DNA of 64,000 nucleotides from a bacterium. Its GTDB lineage: Bacteria; SAR324; JACQKK01. Shown in pieces: positions 8,828 through 18,652 of this stretch. The stretch covers positions 608,001 to 672,000 of the forward strand of contig OZ251219.1 of assembly GCA_965240465.1 (NCBI GenBank), given 5' to 3'. Below the pieces are notes generated by a model. It made no database searches. It was not told the origin of the DNA and was given only the letters and a program-made list of their open reading frames with translations. The position numbers were made by a program, and so were the translations under genes. Position 1 is the stretch's first letter. Every line of letters begins with the position of its first letter.

Positions 8828-10060
8828 CTATTTACTACTTCGTACTAAGGATGAAAGGGTTAATAGGTCTTTGATCTGGCTACCACTAGCCACCACGGTA
8901 CCCGGAGCCAGCACATGACGTGCTCCTAGCCAGACATCATCTCCGATGAAAGCTCCCAGCTTTTGCTGACCGCTATCAAGGGAATCGGTCTCAGTGGTGA
9001 CAGTAATAGTACCTCCCGCAGAAGTGTTGTTCACGGTAGTCACCCCAGTGCCGATGTGAGTGCGTTCCCCGATCACGCTTTCGGCAATGAAGGATAATCG
9101 CCCTACCTCAACCTGAGGTAGCAGAACGCAATTTTTCAATTCGCTACCATAGCCCACCGAACACTTTTCATGGATGGAAGTGTACTCTCGGATCAGGGTA
9201 TTATTGCCGATAAAGCAGCCTGCTCCAATCCAGCAAGGACCGCATAAAACGCTACCTGGGCGAATATGAGCTCCGTCTTCAATATGTACTGCTCCTTCAA
9301 TACGCACTTCTCCTTCCAGACGAACATTTTTACTGATTACCGCGTGGTTCCAATCGCTCATTAGCATGCGGTTGGCTTCTAAAATATGCCAAGGACGACG
9401 CAGTTCAACCCATTCTCCCTCCCACCTGACACCATGCAGACGACCCTGAGAAACTAGCTCCTTCAGGCTTGAAGCCATGTCTCCTTGGTTTTTTTTAAGT
9501 ATGGTAAAGAAATCTATTTCCAGCAGATAAAAGCCTGCCAGCACATGATTGGCTCTTTCTCGGTCTTGAGGTTTTTCCTCAAAACGCTGAATAAGCATAT
9601 CGCTACCCATGTAGACGGTACCGAATTCACCAGACATGGGAGGCAATGCCAAGGCGGCTACCGAGCCTCCTGATTCTGCATGTTGGTCTAGCATGGTAGG
9701 AAAGGGATTTCCGCTCGCCAACACGTCGCCATAGACAAGCAAAAAAGGCTCACCACCCAAGGATTTACCTCGCAAAGATTCCTCTGCCAGCTGCAAGGCA
9801 GTGCCAATGCCACTAGAAGTTTTTTGCTCCAGATATCTGAGCTGCATGCTGTGGCTGTTCCCATTTTTGAACTGATCATAAATGACCTGTTTTTGATGTC
9901 CCACCACCAAGTACACTTCAGTAACTCCTACCTCACGCAATTGGGACAGGGTTTTTTCCAGCAACGGACTCCCAACCACCGGCAACATGCATTTCGGGCG
10001 GGCGGCCCCAAAAGGAAATAAATGACCCCCAGCTTTGGCAGTTAAAATGACAGCTTTCAT
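8828..10060 (-). CDS. Sugar-1-phosphate nucleotidyltransferase / hexapeptide acetyltransferase, archaeal GlmU-like
   Basis: NTP-transferase N-domain (RPKCMLPV, FLLVYGD, FEEKP), W.ELRRPWHILEAN linker, left-handed beta-helix with DSGQQKLGAFIGD; upstream of glmS. Confidence 0.8.
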   Translation of the reverse strand: MKAVILTAKAGGHLFPFGAARPKCMLPVVGSPLLEKTLSQLREVGVTEVYLVVGHQKQVIYDQFKNGNSHSMQLRYLEQKTSSGIGTALQLAEESLRGKSLGGEPFLLVYGDVLASGNPFPTMLDQHAESGGSVAALALPPMSGEFGTVYMGSDMLIQRFEEKPQDRERANHVLAGFYLLEIDFFTILKKNQGDMASSLKELVSQGRLHGVRWEGEWVELRRPWHILEANRMLMSDWNHAVISKNVRLEGEVRIEGAVHIEDGAHIRPGSVLCGPCWIGAGCFIGNNTLIREYTSIHEKCSVGYGSELKNCVLLPQVEVGRLSFIAESVIGERTHIGTGVTTVNNTSAGGTITVTTETDSLDSGQQKLGAFIGDDVWLGARHVLAPGTVVASGSQIKDLLTLSSLVRSSK

Positions 10061-10133
10061 AGTTCACGCCCAGGTGACAACATTAAGTGGATAAGTAAAT
10101 AAGCCAAGCATTCCAGTCAATCGCAGCCGCTAT

Positions 10134-10190
10134 CCACAGATGGAGCCATGGATGGAGCCACAGATGGAGCCATGGATGGAACCATGGATA
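10134..10190. repeat. About 5 x 12-bp intergenic tandem repeat CCA(CA/TG)GATGGA(G/A)
   Basis: Read directly. Confidence 0.9.
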
Positions 10191-10206
10191 AAAAATAGTC
10201 TCATCA

Positions 10207-10923
10207 TCACAGCTGCTGGTACATTTTGTCTACCACTTGCTGCAAGTTCAGCTCAGTGGTATCCAGCCTAACTGCTTCCTTATCAGCCTGCAAGGGAGAT
10301 AAATCCCGCTGCTCGTCTTCAGCATCCCGACGCCTTAATTCCGTGCGTACGGAATCCAAATGCACCGAGCCAGCTCCGAGCTCAGTCCGACTACTATTCA
10401 GCTGACGATCCCGCTTCTCAGCTCGCTCAGCTCGCTTGGCTGAATGAGCATATAAAAAAAACTTGTGAGCCGACCGAGGAAAAACCTCCGTTCCCATATC
10501 CCGACCCTCTGCCACCAATCCTTTCTTACCAGCCGACATTAACTGAGCAGTTATGGCATGTAAGGCATCATTTACCTTCTTACGCATCCAAGCCTGTTGA
10601 CTAAGCACAGCACTAGCCTTACTCAGCTCTTCTGAATATAAATTTGCCCTCACCACCTCGCCATCCAAACACACCTCATTGATAGCCGTAAAACTCAGCT
10701 TCACTTGCTTCAATAAAGGAGGAACTTCCTTCCACTCCCAGCCCCGCTGAAAAGCCGCCCAACTCAAAGCCCGATAACCCAAACCCGATGACAAAAATCC
10801 ATACCCCAACAACTCCGATAATCTCCTCGCAACACTGGTTTTTCCCACGGCAGCCGCTCCGTCCACCGTTATCACTTCAAATGAGGATGTTTCACGTGAA
10901 ACAATTTTGTGCTTGGTAATCAT
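10207..10923 (-). CDS. cmk: Cytidylate kinase
   Basis: ITVDGAAAVGKTS, SGLGYRA, VAEGRDMGTEVFP, RRDAED..RDLSPL, DTTEL; start at ATG 10923 assumed. Confidence 0.92.
   Translation of the reverse strand: MITKHKIVSRETSSFEVITVDGAAAVGKTSVARRLSELLGYGFLSSGLGYRALSWAAFQRGWEWKEVPPLLKQVKLSFTAINEVCLDGEVVRANLYSEELSKASAVLSQQAWMRKKVNDALHAITAQLMSAGKKGLVAEGRDMGTEVFPRSAHKFFLYAHSAKRAERAEKRDRQLNSSRTELGAGSVHLDSVRTELRRRDAEDEQRDLSPLQADKEAVRLDTTELNLQQVVDKMYQQL
10888..10903. promoter_or_regulatory. parS centromere-like site (ParB binding)
   Basis: Perfect 16-bp palindrome TGTTTCACGTGAAACA matching the widespread bacterial parS consensus. Confidence 0.85.
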
Positions 10924-11181
10924 TGGTGCTTTCCGTACTGGATTATACAATCCCACTTATACCTCCATTCTCGGAAAAATCCCAGTGCTTGTAAGAGTTT
11001 CAGGTAGCAAAATCTACCCCGTTCTGATAAGGTGAACTCGCAGGATTTGCTATTCAGGCTGATTTACTCTAAAAGATGGTGGGCTGATGTAATCATCTCT
11101 CCTGATAGACATCGGTAGGTACTTGTTGGCGGGTACTTGTTGATAGGCAGCTAGTAGGCAGTGAATTATTAAAGAAGGACA

Positions 11182-12156
11182 ATGGCAAAATTCGTAGTAC
11201 TGGGAGCGGGCACTTGGGGAACCACCTTAGGCATGCTACTAAGCAAGCAAGGGCATCAGGGCTGGTTATGGGATAATAATCCCGACTGGCTAAGCTTGCT
11301 AAAGCGTGAACGCAGCCACCCGCGTTTGAAACAGCCCTTTCCTGAGCTATTGGAGATCGCCGAAAATCTCCCCGAACTACTGCCACAAGCCGAATTCCTG
11401 CTGGGAGTTATTCCTTGCGGAGGAGTGCGGGAAGCTTGTCAGGTAATCGCCCCCGATTATCAGGGGCAATTGTTTATCAGCTGTTCCAAGGGAATAGAAA
11501 AGAATACCTTTAAATTGCCCCATCAGGTGATTCAGGAAACCTTGGGAAAAAAAGCGGTCGGACGAGTAGTAGCTTTAACTGGTCCCAGTCATGCGGAGGA
11601 AGTCTGTCGCGATAAACCCACCGCCATCTTGTTGGCAGCCGAGTCCCTAGGAATAGTCAAAAAGGCTAGTGAATTCTTAGCTGGTCCCCGATTTTTCCCG
11701 CACCTTTCCTCCGATATAATTGGTGCCGAACTGGGTGGAGCTCTAAAAAACGTGGTCGCGATCGCTTGCGGGATCAGCCGAGGAATAGGCGGGGGCGATA
11801 ATACCCAGTCCGCTTTGATAACCATAGGTCTGGCAGAAATACTCCGATTGGGAGAAATACTGGGTGCTAAAAAGGAAACCCTCTATGGTCTGGGTGGCCT
11901 GGGTGATCTACTAGTTACTTGCATGAGCATTCATAGTCGCAATAATAATTTTGGTAAATTACTAGGGGCAGGACATAGCACTGAGGAAGCCATGGAAAAA
12001 ATCGGCATGGTGGTGGAAGGAGTTTATACCGTCAAAACTGCAGCCCAGCTAGCTAAGAAATATCAAATCAAGACTCCCCTCATCCAAGGAGTGGAAGCCC
12101 TGCTTAATGGTCAGATGGACGCTGATCAGATGATTTGTCAATTGCTCCAAGCTTAA
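11182..12156 (+). CDS. gpsA: NAD(P)H-dependent glycerol-3-phosphate dehydrogenase
   Basis: GAGTWGT, SKGIE, GPSHAEEV, GGALKNVVAIACG, GLGDLLVTC.S.HSRN, VVEG. Confidence 0.96.
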   Translation: MAKFVVLGAGTWGTTLGMLLSKQGHQGWLWDNNPDWLSLLKRERSHPRLKQPFPELLEIAENLPELLPQAEFLLGVIPCGGVREACQVIAPDYQGQLFISCSKGIEKNTFKLPHQVIQETLGKKAVGRVVALTGPSHAEEVCRDKPTAILLAAESLGIVKKASEFLAGPRFFPHLSSDIIGAELGGALKNVVAIACGISRGIGGGDNTQSALITIGLAEILRLGEILGAKKETLYGLGGLGDLLVTCMSIHSRNNNFGKLLGAGHSTEEAMEKIGMVVEGVYTVKTAAQLAKKYQIKTPLIQGVEALLNGQMDADQMICQLLQA

Positions 12157-12172
12157 AGTTTTTGGAGAAAAA

Positions 12173-13021
12173 ATGCTGTTATTTGGTCATCATGTGGTTG
12201 AGGCTGCTTTACGTTCCCAGCGACGAAAATTGCAGCAGCTTTGGTCGGTGTCTTCTGTTCCACTTTGGAAGGAACTAGCTGAGGCTGCTAAGGTGCCTCA
12301 TCAGTTGGCAGGCAAATTGGAGTTAGATACTCGTTGCCAAGGTGGTCGGCATCAGGGAGTGGCTTTGGATTGCGGAGCTCTGCCTTGGCAATCGGTGGAA
12401 GAACTTTTGTCCGCGACGGGCGATGAGAAAAGTAGCGTGCTAGTAGTGCTAGACCAAGTACTGGACCCTCGCAACTTGGGAAGCATTGCTCGGGCAGCGG
12501 GTGCTTTGGGGGCTAGGGGGATGGTGTTACCTCGCCAACGGAGTGCTCCTTTAAGTGTGGTTGCCAGTCGGGCTTCGGCAGGAGCGTTAGAGTGGCTGCC
12601 TCTGACTCAGGTGGTTAATCTGGCACGCTTCCTCAAACAAGCCCATCAGCAAGATTGGTGGCGAGTGGCGGCTGTCATTGAGGGAGGTCAAGCTCCTGAG
12701 GCAATAAAACCAGCGGCTACCGAAGCTGTGTCTACCAAAAAATCTCGCTGGATACTGGTCTTGGGTGGGGAAGGTAAGGGCATTCGTCCTTTGGTACAAT
12801 CCCAGTGCGATTATCTATGTACCATCCCTCAGTCTTCATTGATCCTTGCCCCCTCCTCGATCCCTGCCTCTCAGCTCCCCTCCTCACCGATCCCTGCCTC
12901 TCAGCTCCCCTCCTCGCCGATCCCTGCCTCCCAGCCCTCACCGATCCCTGCCTCCCAACCTAGTTCTATTTGTCTGAGTGTTTCTCAAGCTGCCACTATT
13001 TTGCTACATCATTTTTGTTGA
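12173..13021 (+). CDS. rlmB: 23S rRNA 2'-O-methyltransferase RlmB (SpoU family) with repeat insertion near C-terminus
   Basis: HQGV, LDQVLDPRNLGSIAR, SAGALE, LVLGGEGKGIR, LSVSQA. Confidence 0.85.
   Translation: MLLFGHHVVEAALRSQRRKLQQLWSVSSVPLWKELAEAAKVPHQLAGKLELDTRCQGGRHQGVALDCGALPWQSVEELLSATGDEKSSVLVVLDQVLDPRNLGSIARAAGALGARGMVLPRQRSAPLSVVASRASAGALEWLPLTQVVNLARFLKQAHQQDWWRVAAVIEGGQAPEAIKPAATEAVSTKKSRWILVLGGEGKGIRPLVQSQCDYLCTIPQSSLILAPSSIPASQLPSSPIPASQLPSSPIPASQPSPIPASQPSSICLSVSQAATILLHHFC
12852..12962 (+). repeat. About 4 copies of a 24-30-bp in-frame repeat (PIPASQLPSS) inside rlmB
   Basis: CCGATCCCTGCCTCTCAGCTCCCCTCCTC(A/G) repeated. Confidence 0.9.
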
Positions 13022-13059
13022 TTTGTTTTTTAATTGGAGATTGGATAGTCGCTGGCAGG

Positions 13060-14292
13060 CTAAGAAACAATTTTTAGGGGGAGGCGAGGGTAGTCGGGCA
13101 ATCCGTTTTGGTATGGGGGAGGTTGTTCGCCTTGGATGAGGGGAAGGCAGTAGGAACGGAAGGCCTCGGTGATGTGCATGCCATTGGAGCTGATAAAGGC
13201 GGGGGGGAGGCATTTTTCTTGGTTGGCGATTAGTTGGGCTTCGGTGTGCGATATTTCCCAGCGATAAGGATTGTCTTGGATGCGTTTGATGATGCTTACC
13301 ACCCCGCTCAGACCTTTTTCTGCCAGTTGGACTGCATGTTTTCCACAGGCGATGGCTTGTTGAATGTCCACTCCTGCTGCAGCATGTCGGGCGGAGCGTT
13401 GGCAATAATCGGGGATGGCCCGATGGGTTTTTAGCTTCAGATTTTGCTGGGTCAGTTGTTGGATGTAGCTTCCAGCTCCTCCTAATTGGACATGCCCGAA
13501 AGAATCTTGGCGGCCAGATTCTGCCAGAAAGCGAGCTTGGGTATTTTTAATCCCCTCTGCGACTGTGATGGAGCAAAATCCATGTAGGGAGACATTGGTT
13601 TCCACGGCTGCCAAAAATTTATCTTCTTGAAAGGGGATTTCTGGTAAGAGAATGAGATGGGGACCATCTTTTTCGGTTAAGCGGGCTAGGGAAGTGGCCG
13701 CGGCGATCCAACCTGCGTGGCGTCCCATGGTTTCCATGATGAAGACCTTGGTGGAGTCGGCACACATGGATTCGGTATCGCGACTAGCTTCCAGCATGGA
13801 TATAGCATTGTATTTGGCTACCGAGCCGAAGCCTGGGGAGTTATCGGTAATGGGGAGGTCATTATCAATGGTTTTGGGAATGCCGATCACTTGCAGGGGG
13901 TAGGATTGCTGTTGGGCGAATCTGTTGATTTGATGAACGGTATCCATGGAGTCATTTCCGCCATTATAAAAGAGATATCCAATTTGGTGAACGGAGAAAG
14001 TTTCCAGCAGTTTTTGAAAGATGGCGGCTTCTTGTTGAATATCCTTCAGCTTACGGCGACAAGAACCAAAGGCTCCTGCTGGCAGCTGAGCTAGGGTATC
14101 AACCTGAGACTCACTCCAATCGCTGAGGGCGATGAGTTCATTATTGATTATTCCATTTAAGCCTTGCCGAGCAGCGAAGGTCTTTTTGATCTCCCGACTA
14201 GCACGAGCTGCTTTTAGCCATCCGTGAGCACTGGCGTTGATGACCGCAGTGACCCCACCAGATTGAGCATAAACCGCATTTTCTCCTGTCAT
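13060..14292 (-). CDS. 6-phosphofructokinase, probably PPi-dependent
   Basis: QSGGVTAVIN, GGNDS (Asp) and PKTIDND (Lys) fit PPi specificity; METMGRHAGW. Confidence 0.9.
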   Translation of the reverse strand: MTGENAVYAQSGGVTAVINASAHGWLKAARASREIKKTFAARQGLNGIINNELIALSDWSESQVDTLAQLPAGAFGSCRRKLKDIQQEAAIFQKLLETFSVHQIGYLFYNGGNDSMDTVHQINRFAQQQSYPLQVIGIPKTIDNDLPITDNSPGFGSVAKYNAISMLEASRDTESMCADSTKVFIMETMGRHAGWIAAATSLARLTEKDGPHLILLPEIPFQEDKFLAAVETNVSLHGFCSITVAEGIKNTQARFLAESGRQDSFGHVQLGGAGSYIQQLTQQNLKLKTHRAIPDYCQRSARHAAAGVDIQQAIACGKHAVQLAEKGLSGVVSIIKRIQDNPYRWEISHTEAQLIANQEKCLPPAFISSNGMHITEAFRSYCLPLIQGEQPPPYQNGLPDYPRLPLKIVS

Positions 14293-14536
14293 AATAATTT
14301 GTTTTGGCCCCGTTATTGAATTTTTTCAGATCCGCCTGAATTATCACCTATCTATTCCGAGCTCAATTCTTTGAGGCATTGAGAAAAATTAATGAGAAAC
14401 CCCGTGCATGCAGAGTTAAACCAAAAATGAAATAAATTTTTTCCGTGCGCACGGAGTTTTTCGTCTTACCAAGAATTTACAAGTAGTACAGCCATAAAAA
14501 GTCAATATTCTCAATACTTAGTTGCAGTTTCACGGC

Positions 14537-15088
14537 TTAGTTAATGTGCTTAGGGTTTTTGGGCATTCTTAGACGGGACAACATGCGATTCCATCTTTCC
14601 TCTTCTGACAAGTCCTTCTCTGACAAGTCCTTCTCTTCTTGGGGATCCAGATAGAGGGTTTTAATTCTTTCCTGTTCTTCAGCATCCATTTTGGAGTGCT
14701 CCAGCACCTTATCAGCTACATAAATGGGGGAGTTCATTCTTAGAGCCAAGGCGATCGCATCGCTTGGTCGGGAGTCCAGTTTCAGGTCGTTGCCCTGGGA
14801 GCGAAGGTGAATACGAGCTACATAAGTACTATCTACCATATCGGTCACTTCTATTCGGGCTATCTTAGCTTTCATATTTTGTAGCATGTTGCAGAACAGG
14901 TCATGGGTCAGCGGACGAGGCGGCTCCAAATCATATAATTTGGTAGCAATTGAATGAGCCTCAAATATGCCGATATGAATGGGCATCAGCCAGCCGTACT
15001 GGCGGTCTTCCAAGATAATGACGGGACTCGGCATGCTGGGATCCAGCACCAGACAATTAACATGCATGCGGGTGAATTTAGCAATCAT
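14537..15088 (-). CDS. Bifunctional nuclease family protein (DUF151)
   Basis: PIHIGIFEA.SIA, PRPLTHDL, DSRPSDAIALALR; follows miaB. Confidence 0.93.
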   Translation of the reverse strand: MIAKFTRMHVNCLVLDPSMPSPVIILEDRQYGWLMPIHIGIFEAHSIATKLYDLEPPRPLTHDLFCNMLQNMKAKIARIEVTDMVDSTYVARIHLRSQGNDLKLDSRPSDAIALALRMNSPIYVADKVLEHSKMDAEEQERIKTLYLDPQEEKDLSEKDLSEEERWNRMLSRLRMPKNPKHIN

Positions 15089-16476
15089 GCGGCGGTCTCG
15101 GCAGGGGATTTAGAATAAGCTTGGGCTACCAAAGAGTGCTGGCGAACATGGCTAATAGAAACCGTCAGTAGCTCGCCGATGGCAATGTTTTCTCCTGCGA
15201 GCATGACGGGAACATGTCCTCGGGTGCGACCGCCCATAAGGGGCACGTTTTTGCTACTGCGAGGATGACGATACTCCACCAGCACCTGCTGTTTGGTACC
15301 CACCAATTTTTTTAGCTGCGGCTGACTAATCTCTTGCTGAAGATTTAGCAATCGCAACAAACGCTCTTGTTTGATGTCCTCAGGGATCTGCAAGGAGAAT
15401 TTGGCAGCTGGCGTCCCTGGGCGAGAAGAATACTTGAAAGCATAAATATGTTGAAAACGAACTTGATTGACTACCTCTAGAGTTCGTTCAAAGTCGGACT
15501 CGGTTTCAGCGGGAAAGCCGACTATGATATCGGTGGAGAGTGTTAGTGAGGGAACTTGGCTGTACATTAGAGCCACCTTTTCATAAAAGTTTTCTCTGGT
15601 GTAGCCGCGACGCATGGCTTTAAGTATGCGATCAGAGCCAGATTGCAAGGGTAGATGGAGATGCTCACAAAGGGCAGAGAGATTTTTATGGGCTTGAGCG
15701 AGTTCCAGTTTCACGTCTTTGGGATGAGGAGAAATGTAGCGAATTCTAGCTAAGCCTTTTATTTTATTTAGCATTGCCAATAATTCCACGAACGAAATTC
15801 CTTCAGCCCGATATGAATTAACATTTTGTCCCAGCAGGTTGATCTCTTTTACTCCTAGTTTCACCAAGCTTTTGGCTTCGCTCACAATTTGGCTGGCACG
15901 GCGACTAATCTCCCGACCACGGGTATAGGGAACCACACAAAAAGTACACATGTTATTGCAGCCCTTAGTTATCGCTATTTGGCTGGTAACCGAGGAGGTT
16001 TCCTCAGAAAAGGGCAGGTTTATAGTCCATTCGGTGGGAACAAAATCCTCTACCCTTCCCTTGGGAAGGGGTTTCCAATCATTCTCCAAAACCCTCTCCC
16101 CCTGCTCTGCTTGCTCTAAAAGCCGAGGTAACTGAAATATGGCATCGGTCCCGAACACCAAATCTACTTGAGGAGCCCGCTCAAATATCTGGGCTCCTCT
16201 TTGCTGAGCCACACAGCCGCAAACTCCAATCTTTAACTCAGGACGCTTCTGCTTTAGCTTATTCATGCGTCCCAAAAAGCTATAAAGCTTATGCTCGGGT
16301 TTCTCCCGAATGGCACAAGTATTCACCAGCACCAGATCAGCTTTAGACGGCTGATCAGTTCTTAGATATCCCCTCACGGCTAGCTGCTGCCACAACTTTT
16401 CTGAGTCGTACTGGTTCATCTGACATCCATGGGTCTGGAGGTAGACGTGCTTATTTTTAGGTGAGGAAGAAATCAT
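15085..16476 (-). CDS. miaB: tRNA-2-methylthio-N6-dimethylallyladenosine synthase MiaB
   Basis: GCQMNQYDSE, NTCAIRE, CNNMCTFC radical-SAM motif, YS.RPGT, TRAM domain; start at ATG 16476 assumed. Confidence 0.95.
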   Translation of the reverse strand: MISSSPKNKHVYLQTHGCQMNQYDSEKLWQQLAVRGYLRTDQPSKADLVLVNTCAIREKPEHKLYSFLGRMNKLKQKRPELKIGVCGCVAQQRGAQIFERAPQVDLVFGTDAIFQLPRLLEQAEQGERVLENDWKPLPKGRVEDFVPTEWTINLPFSEETSSVTSQIAITKGCNNMCTFCVVPYTRGREISRRASQIVSEAKSLVKLGVKEINLLGQNVNSYRAEGISFVELLAMLNKIKGLARIRYISPHPKDVKLELAQAHKNLSALCEHLHLPLQSGSDRILKAMRRGYTRENFYEKVALMYSQVPSLTLSTDIIVGFPAETESDFERTLEVVNQVRFQHIYAFKYSSRPGTPAAKFSLQIPEDIKQERLLRLLNLQQEISQPQLKKLVGTKQQVLVEYRHPRSSKNVPLMGGRTRGHVPVMLAGENIAIGELLTVSISHVRQHSLVAQAYSKSPAETAA

Positions 16477-16649
16477 GACTTTTTTATTTGGGTTTTTTAT
16501 CCTAAAGGTCCGAAATTTGATCACGAACCTATGGATACATTCTAACACCTTTGAAGGGATGGTTGGGCATGAAAAGGTCGTGAACGAGAATTGTCAGCGG
16601 GAGATTGTCAGCGGGAGATTTGTCGGTGAGAAAGAGCGGTGGAAAGTTA

Positions 16650-18065
16650 TCAGCGATCAGGGGGGAGGTACCTAGTACAGCTGGGGCAAACCGACTTTAG
16701 ACATCTGCTGCTCAGTGATTTTTTACAGAAAGCATAATGGCTAGTGCTAAATAGGGGCATGTAGGGGAGGTTTGCTTGTAGTTCGGCTTCCCATGAGCTA
16801 GGACTGGCAAGGGATTCGTTCAGGTACTCAGTCCAGAGGTCTTGGAGAGTGCCATCGTTTAGGTCTACGATGTCTAGGAAGAAATCTGCCTGCGGGATGC
16901 TATTGGCAAATCTATGTACGGGGGTAGCCGATACCACCACCCGCAACCTGAGATTACGCTGCCAGCTTTGCGATATTTGGCGGGCGACATGTTCCATCCA
17001 GGGATTGGCGATGACGGCAATTTGTAGCGTAGGTGGGTTATCTTTTTGGAACCATTGAATGCGGGCTTGCTGGGCATTATCTACCAAGGGGGTGAGGTGA
17101 GTACTTGGGTCTAGGAGGGGGCGGAGGAAATGGGTAGTAGGCGATAATCTTCTATTTGAGAAGGAGGTAGCAATTTTATTTCTGGGGATAGTCAATCTCA
17201 GGGATTGCCGAATGGATAAGGGTTGCTCTTTTTTTCCCTTGGAGGAGCGTAGTATCCATTGTTGTCCGCCAGTCATTTGCCCCCATGATTCACGCTTGGT
17301 GTTTTTTTTCAAAAAGAAGGCTAGGTCTTCTCCTTCTACCAGAACGGCTTCTAAGCTGCCGTTTTGGTAATCTTGCCAGAGAGTGCTTAACTGGCGATAA
17401 CCGCGTAGTTCTATTTCCCCTTGGGATTGAGGAAAAAATAACCGATACCACCATTTTTTCTCCCGATGAGAAGCATGTTCCATCCGTACTGCACGAGGCC
17501 ACCAACGACAACCATCACTTATGGTTTCAGTTTTTGCGATTGTTTCGGGGCTGGTTGCCAGACTCAGTTTAGGCTGGGTATCGGGAAAGGGGAGCAAATG
17601 TACTCCCTGCAGACGGCTAGTGGTTATCAGGGCCGGTAGCGGTTGTGAAGATAATTGCACCAAGGGGGGAGCAAGCAAATTTGATATTCCCCAAGTCAGA
17701 GAAGCTAAGGGCAGTTTGTTGCTCAGCGACTGTTGCCAGTTCATAAAGCTAAGTCCATCTCTGCTTAATCCTTCTTTGCTTAATCCTTCTCTAAAGAGAT
17801 TTGTTTTAAGTCCAAATCCTAGGCGATCTTTGCCTTGAAGTTCATAAAACCAAGGAAGCTCATTCCAGCTCCCTAGTCCATATACCAAACGCAACACGCG
17901 TAAATCTCGCTGTGCATGAGGCTGCACATGGCATAATCTTGGGAGGGGATGAAAGATCCCCACCCGATAAGATTGGGCGTTGGCTACCAGCGGACAAATT
18001 GCCGTCATAGCTAATAACATGCACCCAGTAGCCATCCAGAAATAATGCCTAAAAATAATGTTCAT
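16650..18065 (-). CDS. Hypothetical exported protein; C-half weakly resembles family-5 solute-binding proteins
   Basis: Signal peptide (..VANA/QS); IRQSLRL.IPR..IA, VARQISQSWQRNL.LRV, PYMPLF. Confidence 0.5.
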   Translation of the reverse strand: MNIIFRHYFWMATGCMLLAMTAICPLVANAQSYRVGIFHPLPRLCHVQPHAQRDLRVLRLVYGLGSWNELPWFYELQGKDRLGFGLKTNLFREGLSKEGLSRDGLSFMNWQQSLSNKLPLASLTWGISNLLAPPLVQLSSQPLPALITTSRLQGVHLLPFPDTQPKLSLATSPETIAKTETISDGCRWWPRAVRMEHASHREKKWWYRLFFPQSQGEIELRGYRQLSTLWQDYQNGSLEAVLVEGEDLAFFLKKNTKRESWGQMTGGQQWILRSSKGKKEQPLSIRQSLRLTIPRNKIATSFSNRRLSPTTHFLRPLLDPSTHLTPLVDNAQQARIQWFQKDNPPTLQIAVIANPWMEHVARQISQSWQRNLRLRVVVSATPVHRFANSIPQADFFLDIVDLNDGTLQDLWTEYLNESLASPSSWEAELQANLPYMPLFSTSHYAFCKKSLSSRCLKSVCPSCTRYLPPDR

Positions 18066-18172
18066 GTATCTTGCTCTAGTTAACTTGATGATTAATTATT
18101 GTTGGTTTTATAAAACAAGCATCGGGTAGTTCTGTCAAATAAAAGCGGAGCGGTCAAAAAAATCGGGTGAGG

Positions 18173-18652
18173 TTAAAATCGGCTGGGTGGTGTTTTGGGA
18201 CTGAAATAATGGATCCCCAAGGCAATCAATATCAGCCCAGTGGGCAATTGGTGAAAGAGCAATAGTAATGGATGGCTCTGGGGATAATAAAGCGTAAGCA
18301 CCAATCCGCTTAAAATAAGCGTGATCCCGTTCCCAGCCTGAAGCAAGCCTGATATAGCAACGAAGGAAAAGTTTTTCAGCAAAAGGCGATGTTGATAAAT
18401 ATGTCGCCAAGCATAAAGGGGAAAAACAACCATAAAGAGTAATCCGCCCCAGATATGCAATAGGAAGATAAGGCGTGGCACGGGATTATCCGATTCCCTG
18501 GCGATCAAGAGGAGTAGTCCGCTTAAGGTTAGAATTAACAAGAGTGCTAAAACCATAACTCGCAGAGAATTTAGGCGGGCTGGTTTTTGTGTGGGTACTG
18601 ACATTCTTTCAGGATGATGCACTCTTTGCAGAGTGGTTTTCTGGCTTTGCAA
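18173..18652 (-). CDS. Hypothetical 4-TM membrane protein with four His (possible heme-b protein)
   Basis: Four hydrophobic helices; LLHIWGG, WRHI, LFHQ, GIHY; start uncertain. Confidence 0.55.
   Translation of the reverse strand: MQSQKTTLQRVHHPERMSVPTQKPARLNSLRVMVLALLLILTLSGLLLLIARESDNPVPRLIFLLHIWGGLLFMVVFPLYAWRHIYQHRLLLKNFSFVAISGLLQAGNGITLILSGLVLTLYYPQSHPLLLLFHQLPTGLILIALGIHYFSPKTPPSRF

Noticed and set aside
10061-10206. oriC from DnaA-box-like words near parS
   Set aside because: Only imperfect matches, partly produced by the 12-bp repeat; no dnaA/dnaN nearby. Perfect TTATCCACA hits at 29287 and 60952 are single and in coding sequence.
10960-11180. Possible structured ncRNA between cmk and gpsA
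   Set aside because: No recognisable 6S, SRP, tmRNA or RNase P signature by eye; consistent with a divergent promoter region. An Rfam scan would settle it.
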